Shown: positions 26,557 to 33,226 of the stretch, in pieces
Layout: each line of letters opens with the position of its first letter
Numbering within the stretch: position 1 is the stretch's first letter
Source of the DNA: a virus
Taxonomy: Duplodnaviria; Caudoviricetes
Virus record (IMG/VR): IMGVR_UViG_3300032212_000019
Span: 1-49,744 of that record
DNA: 49,744 nucleotides
Direction: 5' to 3' (one strand)
Program-made: the position numbers and the translations under genes
Notes under the pieces: generated by a model
Databases searched by the model: none
Seen by the model: only the letters and a program-made list of their open reading frames with translations
What the model was told of the DNA's origin: nothing

Positions 26557-26724
26557 GTGAGAATATTAAAACAACTTTTTTGCTTTCACCTTAATTGGAT
26601 GCCTTATCGCGGCCTTGCTTACCAACCAGCTAAAAGGTTTGGGAAAGATATTTATGAGTGTGAGAGCTGCGGGAAAATTAGAGGGTTTGATAAATTGAAT
26701 CCTCCCATAAATTATAGGAGATAG
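26557..26724 (+). CDS. 55-aa zinc-binding protein (not in ORF track)
   Basis: GTG start, 'LFC.H...Y.C..CGK'; flanked by a 17-bp direct repeat. Confidence 0.6.
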   Translation: MRILKQLFCFHLNWMPYRGLAYQPAKRFGKDIYECESCGKIRGFDKLNPPINYRR

Positions 26725-26733
26725 GTTAGAGGC

Positions 26734-27048
26734 ATGAACATCACACCGACACAGACGATGAAGATTGCTGAGAAACTAGGTAAAAATATAGCGGAAGATT
26801 TTAATTTTATTCCCGAAAGAGGTTCTGTATATATCGGACGATGTGATATACAGGATACAGCTCAATGTATAAGATTCAACCCAACCGACCCCGCAATAGT
26901 GCTGGAGATGATTGATTACTTACGCAAACAAAGCACTGTAGTAATAGAAACAATTGAAGGGGAGTGCAGAGTTAATTATGAATATGGTAGTGAATCCCTA
27001 GCCTCCTGCGTTATTGAAGCCATGCTTAAACAGATAGAGGATAAGTGA
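26734..27048 (+). CDS. Hypothetical protein
   Basis: AGGAG RBS; 'FNP' motif. Confidence 0.65.
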   Translation: MNITPTQTMKIAEKLGKNIAEDFNFIPERGSVYIGRCDIQDTAQCIRFNPTDPAIVLEMIDYLRKQSTVVIETIEGECRVNYEYGSESLASCVIEAMLKQIEDK

Positions 27049-27326
27049 TGAGTCCAGATGAATTCAAAGCTATTTGTATTGAGTTTTCAAATGCACCAGA
27101 TGATGCGGAATGGGGAGAAGAACATCCAATTTTTAGGATGGCTCAAGACGTAGACAATCTAAATAAACAACTAGCAGAAAAAGATAAAGAGATTGAACGG
27201 TTGCGGGGTGCTTTGGAAGAATACAAAGAGGGTTGGACTGTTATGCTAGACGAAAATTATAACCATGTATGTGTTCACAATAGCGAGTTCGTTGGTGGTA
27301 ATGCACTACAAGGTAAATCGGAATAA
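27045..27326 (+). CDS. Hypothetical protein with coiled coil
   Basis: 'LAEKDKEIERLR.ALE'. Confidence 0.65.
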   Translation: MMSPDEFKAICIEFSNAPDDAEWGEEHPIFRMAQDVDNLNKQLAEKDKEIERLRGALEEYKEGWTVMLDENYNHVCVHNSEFVGGNALQGKSE

Positions 27327-27330
27327 ATAG

Positions 27331-27359
27331 TTGCACTCTTACTTTACCTATGGTATAAT
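27331..27359 (+). promoter_or_regulatory. sigma70 promoter with a degenerate palindrome copy
   Basis: TTGCAC-17-TATAAT; CTTTACC-TAT-GGTATAA at 27342-27358. Confidence 0.75.
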
Positions 27360-27390
27360 ATAGGTATAGGTTAAATAAAAAGGGAAGTAA

Positions 27391-27558
27391 ATGACTTCTA
27401 CAGATATAAACAGAGAGGCTAAGTTACTACTTTCACAGGCAATCAAGCTAAGGATACAAGTACCAGAAGGAGATTTACCTAAACGAGCAGATAAAGATAT
27501 ATTTAAGGCAATTCAATTATTAGTTAAACTACGGGGTTTCCCCAAGAAGGAGAAGTAA
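27391..27558 (+). CDS. 55-aa basic protein (not in ORF track)
   Basis: MTSTDINREAKLLL...PKKEK; purine-rich RBS; fills the promoter-SSB gap. Confidence 0.55.
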   Translation: MTSTDINREAKLLLSQAIKLRIQVPEGDLPKRADKDIFKAIQLLVKLRGFPKKEK

Positions 27559-27560
27559 AT

Positions 27561-28178
27561 ATGGCTATTGATGTAACAACTGGTGGTGGTGGTTCTAAGA
27601 TTCCTCGTATCGATGATGGTATGTACCCTGCACGATTATACTCAGTTATTGAACTTGGTACACAGAAACGTGACCCATTTGAAGGTACTCCGAAGGATGA
27701 CTGTAAACAGGTAATCTTTACTTTTGAGTTCCCCACTAAGCAAGTAGAAATTGATGGGGCTATGAAGCCACGTATTCTTGGTAAGACATACAACATCTTT
27801 ACCTCTGAGAATGCAGCTCTGCCTAAGTTAATTGCAGCACTTGACCCAAGCGGTTCTTTATCAGGTGGTGGTGCAGATGCAGGTAAGTTGGTAGGTGTAG
27901 CTTGTATGATTCAGGTTGGTTCTACGTCAGGGGGTAAGGCTAAGATTACTAATGTCTCACCTCTTATGGAAGGACTTGAAGTAGCTGATGGTGAGCTGGA
28001 GCAATTGGTATTTGACTATGACTACCCTGATATTGAGGTCTTCAATAAGTTACCTCAGTGGATTCAGGAAAAGCTAACAAGCTCTGTTGGGTACAAGACA
28101 AGTGCGTTAGCTCCCTTAGTAGCAAGTAAGCCAACTGAGGCTCCCGAAGTACCACCAGAGGATGATGTTCCTTACTAA
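27561..28178 (+). CDS. Putative single-stranded DNA-binding protein
   Basis: 'G.Y.AR...I.LGTQ', acidic C-terminal 'EDDVPY' SSB-type tail; replication cluster. Confidence 0.7.
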   Translation: MAIDVTTGGGGSKIPRIDDGMYPARLYSVIELGTQKRDPFEGTPKDDCKQVIFTFEFPTKQVEIDGAMKPRILGKTYNIFTSENAALPKLIAALDPSGSLSGGGADAGKLVGVACMIQVGSTSGGKAKITNVSPLMEGLEVADGELEQLVFDYDYPDIEVFNKLPQWIQEKLTSSVGYKTSALAPLVASKPTEAPEVPPEDDVPY

Positions 28179-28221
28179 GTAGGTTTTCCCTGAGCAACGG
28201 AATAAAAAGGCTCACCTTTAT

Positions 28222-28238
28222 TTATACCAAGGATATAA
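28222..28238. repeat. 17-bp palindrome copy containing the RBS
   Basis: TTATACC-AAG-GATATAA, 3 nt before ATG 28242. Confidence 0.75.
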
Positions 28239-28241
28239 GTT

Positions 28242-29144
28242 ATGGCAATTGACCTATCAGTACCAGACGTAAAGAAGACCGATTTCGGTCCTAACCATTG
28301 CCTTATTGATGGAGATATTATTCACTATCAAGCTGCCTCAGTTGGTGATGCAGTAAGCTACCACTGGGAGGGGCATGAACCTACTAAGTATAAAAAGGAT
28401 GCCTTGGCCTATGGTGCTATTCATAGCCTAGACCCAGATAAACTTATCAAGGTTATTACTCCAGAGCCAATAGCTAATGTACTTCACACGGTTAAGGTAA
28501 TGATACACTCTATCATGGAGGCTTGCGAAGCAGGTGAGGCTACAATCTACCTTACTGGCAAGGGTAACTACCGAGAACAGATTGATTCAATAGCACCTTA
28601 CAAGGGGCATAGACCGACTGAGAAGCCTACTCACTTTGCTGCTGTAAAGGAGTACTTGCTTAAGCGGTTTGATGCTGTGTTAGTTGAAGGTAAGGAAGCT
28701 GATGATGCTATGGGAATTGCTCAAATGTCTGAGTATCGCGCTACCCTAGCTTCTATGAAGTTCGATTTAGCTACAGATATTAAAACTACAAGAACTGTTA
28801 TCTGTTCCACTGATAAAGACCTTAAGATGATTCCCGGCTGGCACTATAATTTCCAGAAGCAAGAGAAGTTCTGGGTAGCCCGAGATGAAGCTGACCACTG
28901 GTTCTACCAGCAACTACTTATGGGGGACTCAACAGATAACATCAAGGGCATTAGCGGTATTGGCCCTAAAGGTGCTGCTAAGTTACTTGAGGGTTGTACG
29001 GATAACCTAGAGCGATATACAGTGTGTAGGACTAGGTACACTAAGGCTGGTCAAGATGATTATGACCTATTAGAGAATGCTAATCTTTTATGGATACAAC
29101 GTGAGGAGAATAAATATTGGACACCACCAACGAACGCAAGTTAG
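28242..29144 (+). CDS. 5'-3' exonuclease (T7 gp6-like)
   Basis: 'LIDGD', 'YKG.R', 'EADD', 'DKDL', 'GD.TDNI.GI.GIG'. Confidence 0.9.
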   Translation: MAIDLSVPDVKKTDFGPNHCLIDGDIIHYQAASVGDAVSYHWEGHEPTKYKKDALAYGAIHSLDPDKLIKVITPEPIANVLHTVKVMIHSIMEACEAGEATIYLTGKGNYREQIDSIAPYKGHRPTEKPTHFAAVKEYLLKRFDAVLVEGKEADDAMGIAQMSEYRATLASMKFDLATDIKTTRTVICSTDKDLKMIPGWHYNFQKQEKFWVARDEADHWFYQQLLMGDSTDNIKGISGIGPKGAAKLLEGCTDNLERYTVCRTRYTKAGQDDYDLLENANLLWIQREENKYWTPPTNAS

Positions 29145-29341
29145 AGTCAGTTACAATTACACTTACTAATGGAGATGATGAAACGGTCGAATGTACAGCG
29201 GCTGAGGTATTTGGTGCATTCATGTACTTCTTTGACGATGGTGGCACCGCCCCCATTAGGTTAATGACAGCAGATATAATCGTGGAGGTTGAGTATAATT
29301 ATGCCGTACAAGAGGCAGCGTCAGTACACCCGCTCCAGTAA
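29117..29341 (+). CDS. Small acidic hypothetical protein
   Basis: TTG start with GAGGAG RBS; bridges the exonuclease and endonuclease genes. Confidence 0.55.
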   Translation: MDTTNERKLESVTITLTNGDDETVECTAAEVFGAFMYFFDDGGTAPIRLMTADIIVEVEYNYAVQEAASVHPLQ

Positions 29342-29723
29342 ACGTGGTAAGCAACCTAAGCCCTATCGGTCATGGTTAGAGTATGACTTACACCAAGGAG
29401 TTCTTAAAGATATTCCTTTTGAACCTTTCAGTATCCCTTATCAAATCGAGGCAAAGTATAATCCAGACTTTGTGAACGAAGATAAGAAGATTCTATTTGA
29501 GGCTAAGGGACGGTTTGCAGATTCTAAGGAGGCGGCTAAGTATGTTCACTTTCGGAGATGTAATCCAAGTTGGGAACTCATTTTTATATTTGAAAGCCCC
29601 ACACTGGCTTTCCCACATGCTAAGAAACGTAAAGATGGTACACGTAAAACACACGCAGAGTGGGCTACCAAGAACGGATTTCAGTGGTGTTGTCCTAAAA
29701 CAATTAAAGAGGAATGGCTATGA
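29289..29723 (+). CDS. Endonuclease I / Holliday junction resolvase (T7 gp3-like)
   Basis: 'YRS.LE', 'YNPDF', 'EAKGRF', 'WA.KNGF'. Confidence 0.88.
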   Translation: MSIIMPYKRQRQYTRSSKRGKQPKPYRSWLEYDLHQGVLKDIPFEPFSIPYQIEAKYNPDFVNEDKKILFEAKGRFADSKEAAKYVHFRRCNPSWELIFIFESPTLAFPHAKKRKDGTRKTHAEWATKNGFQWCCPKTIKEEWL

Positions 29724-30490
29724 AGTTACTACACTTAGACATCGAAACTAAACCCATGGTTGCATACGCATGGGGTCTTTGGAAACAGAACATTGCTATC
29801 AACCAAATCGTAGAGAGTGGTGCTACTATCTGTTGGGCAGCTATGTGGGACTCTGATAGGAAGATGAAGTTCGATTCTGTTCATAAGTCTTCTCACAAGG
29901 ATATGTTGAAAGGCATATGGAACTTACTTGACGAAGCTGATGCGGTGGTGCATTACAACGGGACTAAGTTCGATATACCTACACTTAACCTTGAGTTCGC
30001 TAAGCACGATATGTTACCACCAAGTCCTTTCCATCAAGTAGACCTGTACTCAGTAGTACGTAATCGGTTCCGTAGTCCCTCTAATAAGATGGATTATATC
30101 TCTCAAGAGTTTAAGCTAGGGTCTAAGACAAAGCATATGGGTATGCAGCTCTGGACTGACTGTATGGCTGGTGATAAGAAAGCATGGAAGTTAATGGAGA
30201 AGTACAACCGACAAGACGTTCTTCTACTCCAGAAGTTATACAAGAAGTTATTACCTTGGATTAAGAACCACCCTAATCATGCGCTATTCAGTGAAGACCC
30301 ACGCCCTATGTGTCCTAACTGTGGTAGCCACCACGTTGTTAAGAGGGGTAAGGAGACTACGCAAGTAGGTATTTATCAACGGTACTCTTGTACAAGTTGT
30401 GGTACACCAATACGTGGACGTACCTCTGTTATTTCTGGTAAAGAATATAAGGAGAAGCGTAAGGGTATCCTTACTGCAAGTAAATTATGA
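29714..30490 (+). CDS. DnaQ/RNase H-like exonuclease with C-terminal zinc ribbon
   Basis: 'LDIET.P', 'HYNG.KFD', 'YN.QDV', 'CPNCGS...C..CG'. Confidence 0.8.
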   Translation: MAMKLLHLDIETKPMVAYAWGLWKQNIAINQIVESGATICWAAMWDSDRKMKFDSVHKSSHKDMLKGIWNLLDEADAVVHYNGTKFDIPTLNLEFAKHDMLPPSPFHQVDLYSVVRNRFRSPSNKMDYISQEFKLGSKTKHMGMQLWTDCMAGDKKAWKLMEKYNRQDVLLLQKLYKKLLPWIKNHPNHALFSEDPRPMCPNCGSHHVVKRGKETTQVGIYQRYSCTSCGTPIRGRTSVISGKEYKEKRKGILTASKL

Positions 30491-30660
30491 GTCTAACAAC
30501 AACAGAAAAGATAGAACTTGTATCAGCTAGATATGACCCAGATGACATCGTAGATGCCTTGGAGTTAACAACTGAACAGGTACTGGAAGCATTCCCAGAA
30601 GTCCTAGAGGATAAGTGGGATAAGTTTACTGATATTGAAGATGAACTTGGGAGGTATTAG
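30487..30660 (+). CDS. 57-aa acidic protein (not in ORF track)
   Basis: MSLTTTEKIELVSARYDPDDIVDALEL...; ATGA overlap. Confidence 0.65.
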   Translation: MSLTTTEKIELVSARYDPDDIVDALELTTEQVLEAFPEVLEDKWDKFTDIEDELGRY

Positions 30661-30906
30661 ATGAGTGATGGAATGACAGAAGCCCTAGGTAGCCACAATC
30701 CAGTTAAGCACCCTCAGCACTATATGTTATTTGAAGGGATGGAGGCTATCGAGGCTATCCGTGAGCTCTTAACTGAGGAGGAGTACAGGGGTTACCTTAA
30801 GGGAAACATACTTAAGTATCGGTTTAGAGCTGGTAAGAAAGATAGGGTTGAACAGGACATAGCTAAGGCTATGCAGTATGATAGATTTTTAGGAGAAGTA
30901 ACTTGA
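30661..30906 (+). CDS. DUF3310-family protein (T7 gp1.7-like)
   Basis: 'V.HP.HY', 'G..KGN..KY..R...K...DI.KA..Y'. Confidence 0.85.
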   Translation: MSDGMTEALGSHNPVKHPQHYMLFEGMEAIEAIRELLTEEEYRGYLKGNILKYRFRAGKKDRVEQDIAKAMQYDRFLGEVT

Positions 30907-32609
30907 CAGAAGAATACGGACCAACACTACCAATCTCAATTGAAATAGACACAATGAAGTACCGACAAGAGGGGGAGTCTCACCGTGAAAAATGTAGTCG
31001 CATCGGGAACACCCTTGCAGATGACCCTGTTCACTTCGTTAAGTGGAGGGAGATTCTTTTACCACAGCGATTCCTTCCAGCTGGACGAGTACAGTCTTCT
31101 ATTGGAAGCCCTCGAAAGACCACCGCTTTTAACTGCTTCGTGTCCCAAACAATACCGGACTCAGCTAATGGCATCATGGACACTGCGAAGGATGCGTTCA
31201 ATACCATGCGACTTGGAGGAGGCATTGGTTATGATTTCTCAACACTGCGTCCCAAAGGAGACCTTATTGTAAGTCTAGATTCTAAGTCATCTGGTCCTCT
31301 ATCGTTCATGCACATCTTTGATTCTATCTGTGCCACTGTTAGCTCAGCTGGCCACAGACGAGGAGCCCAAATGGGTGTCATGCGTGTAGACCACCCTGAC
31401 ATTGAGGAGTTCATTGAGGCTAAGGCAAACAAGACAGACTATACACGATTCAATCTATCTGTAGCCGTTACCGATGAGTTTATGAATGCTGTCGTAAAGG
31501 GGACAGACTTTGAATTAAAGTTCAATGACCGTGTATACAAACGAGTAGATGCCCAGTACCTCTGGGATAAGATTATGAGGGCTACGTGGGACTGGGCTGA
31601 GCCGGGTATCCTATTCATTGACCGTATTAATGAGATGAATAATCTATACTATTGTGAGACTATTGCAGCTACTAACCCTTGCGGTGAGCAGCCATTACCA
31701 CCATACGGGGCATGTCTACTAGGTTCCTTTAACCTTGTTAAGTACCTATTCGTTGACCGAGGTGGTAACTACAGGTTCGATTGGGATAAGTTTAAAGAGG
31801 ACATCCCTGTTGTAGTGAGAGCTATGGATAATGTGGTAGACAATACCACCTACCCCTTACAGGAGCAGGAAGACGAAGCTAAGTCTAAGCGTAGGATGGG
31901 ACTGGGATATACTGGCCTAGCTAACGCAGGTGAAGCACAAGGGCTTGTGTACGGTTCTAAGGAGTTTATTAGCTTTACTACTAAGGTAGGGCGGGTACTG
32001 GCTAACGAGGCTTACAGAGCCTCTGCGGAGCTCTCAAAGGAAAAGGGTTCATTCCCACTATACGATAGGGATAAGTTCTGTGAGTCTAAGTTTATTAAGA
32101 AATTGGATAAGGACGTACAAGAGCTCATTTATGAGCATGGGTGTCGTAACAGTCACCTTACTTCTATCGCACCGACAGGTACTATATCCTTATCTGCAAA
32201 TAATATCTCTAGCGGTAATGAGCCTGTCTTCATGGTAGAGTTTGACCGTACAGTGCAGACTGAGGATGGACCTATCATTGAGACTGTCACTGACTACGGG
32301 TACCGTGAACTGGGGGTTACACCTAAGATAGCTAATGACCTTACGCCTGATGAGCACTTAGGGGTACTAATAGCTGGTACTAAGTGGGTTGATTCTGCTG
32401 TATCTAAGACTCTTAATATCGGTGATGATGTTACTTGGGATGAGTTTAAGGACATCTACATCAAGGCTTGGAAGGGTGGCTGTAAGGGGTGTACTACCTT
32501 TAGGGCAGCTGGTAAGCGTCATGGTATCCTTAATGCTAAGAAGGATGAGGATACTGGTGGAGAGGCTTGTTATATTGACCCAACTACTGGCAAGAAAACT
32601 TGTGAGTAA
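30903..32609 (+). CDS. nrdJ: Class II (adenosylcobalamin-dependent) ribonucleotide reductase
   Basis: 'LPAGR', 'FNC', 'GGGIG', 'RRGA', 'TNPCGEQPL', 'IAPTGTIS', C-terminal 'C........CE'; no beta-subunit gene in the genome. Confidence 0.85.
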   Translation: MTEEYGPTLPISIEIDTMKYRQEGESHREKCSRIGNTLADDPVHFVKWREILLPQRFLPAGRVQSSIGSPRKTTAFNCFVSQTIPDSANGIMDTAKDAFNTMRLGGGIGYDFSTLRPKGDLIVSLDSKSSGPLSFMHIFDSICATVSSAGHRRGAQMGVMRVDHPDIEEFIEAKANKTDYTRFNLSVAVTDEFMNAVVKGTDFELKFNDRVYKRVDAQYLWDKIMRATWDWAEPGILFIDRINEMNNLYYCETIAATNPCGEQPLPPYGACLLGSFNLVKYLFVDRGGNYRFDWDKFKEDIPVVVRAMDNVVDNTTYPLQEQEDEAKSKRRMGLGYTGLANAGEAQGLVYGSKEFISFTTKVGRVLANEAYRASAELSKEKGSFPLYDRDKFCESKFIKKLDKDVQELIYEHGCRNSHLTSIAPTGTISLSANNISSGNEPVFMVEFDRTVQTEDGPIIETVTDYGYRELGVTPKIANDLTPDEHLGVLIAGTKWVDSAVSKTLNIGDDVTWDEFKDIYIKAWKGGCKGCTTFRAAGKRHGILNAKKDEDTGGEACYIDPTTGKKTCE

Positions 32610-32611
32610 AG

Positions 32612-32628
32612 TTATACCAAGGGTATAA
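32612..32628. repeat. 17-bp palindrome copy
   Basis: TTATACC-AAG-GGTATAA, identical to 16963-16979. Confidence 0.85.
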
Positions 32629-32643
32629 GTAAGGAGTAAGTGT

Positions 32644-32847
32644 ATGCTAGGTGATTCAGTTGATAATGTTCTACACAATGTAGCTGATTGTATTGGCCGA
32701 TTAAAGGCTATCTCTGAGAATAAGTCTCAGGATGTTCTTATTAAAACTGCCAAAGCTGATAAGCTATTAGAGAAAGCTGAGGTGGATAATCGGGAAGCTG
32801 AAAGGGCTACGGCTTTAGCCCGTAAATTTGAGGAGTTTATACAGTAA
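32644..32847 (+). CDS. Coiled-coil hypothetical protein
   Basis: TAAGGAG RBS; helical. Confidence 0.65.
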   Translation: MLGDSVDNVLHNVADCIGRLKAISENKSQDVLIKTAKADKLLEKAEVDNREAERATALARKFEEFIQ

Positions 32848-33023
32848 TGCCTATCTACGAATACAAGTGTAAGCAATGCGGGGAGATTGAGGAGGCTATG
32901 CAGAGGCACTCTGACCCTCCGTTGGAGGTATGTAAGAAGTGTCATGGTCACCTAAAGAAGGTTGTTAGTTCTGGTGGATTTAATCTTAAAGGTAAGGGAT
33001 TTTATAAGGGAGGAATGAACTGA
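32847..33023 (+). CDS. FmdB-family zinc ribbon protein (not in ORF track)
   Basis: MPIYEYKCKQCG...CKKC...LKKVVS..GF.LKG.GFY. Confidence 0.85.
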   Translation: MPIYEYKCKQCGEIEEAMQRHSDPPLEVCKKCHGHLKKVVSSGGFNLKGKGFYKGGMN

Positions 33024-33191
33024 CTAAGCAGTATGACATTGAACCCCGTACGTGACTATCCTTAGTCCTGCGGGGTTTTCTTTTATGTGAAGTATAGCCC
33101 ATTGTTGGAGGGGTTCTTCCATGCAAGCATAGACAGTCATTGTGTCAGGGGTACCTAGTAATACATAGCTTATAAAAAGTGCCTTGAACAT
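33024..33191 (-). CDS. 55-aa protein with hydrophobic N-terminus, last gene of the late arm (not in ORF track)
   Basis: MFKALFISYVLLGTP...; TAAGGGGT RBS; stop abuts the FmdB stop. Confidence 0.45.
   Translation of the reverse strand: MFKALFISYVLLGTPDTMTVYACMEEPLQQWAILHIKENPAGLRIVTYGVQCHTA
33042..33084 (+). terminator. Rho-independent terminator at arm convergence
   Basis: AACCCCGTA...GACTA-TCCT-TAGTC..TGCGGGGTT followed by TTCTTTT. Confidence 0.75.
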
Positions 33192-33226
33192 ACGGTGATA
33201 CCCCTTACTACTTTCACGAAACCTAT

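Noticed and set aside
15095-32628. Palindrome copies as a CRISPR array or integron attC sites
   Set aside because: Spacing is irregular (hundreds to thousands of bp); no cas or integrase gene; no GTTRRRY core structure
15572-33023. Apparent scarcity of GATC in the early arm
   Set aside because: Visual impression only; needs an observed/expected tetranucleotide count by region
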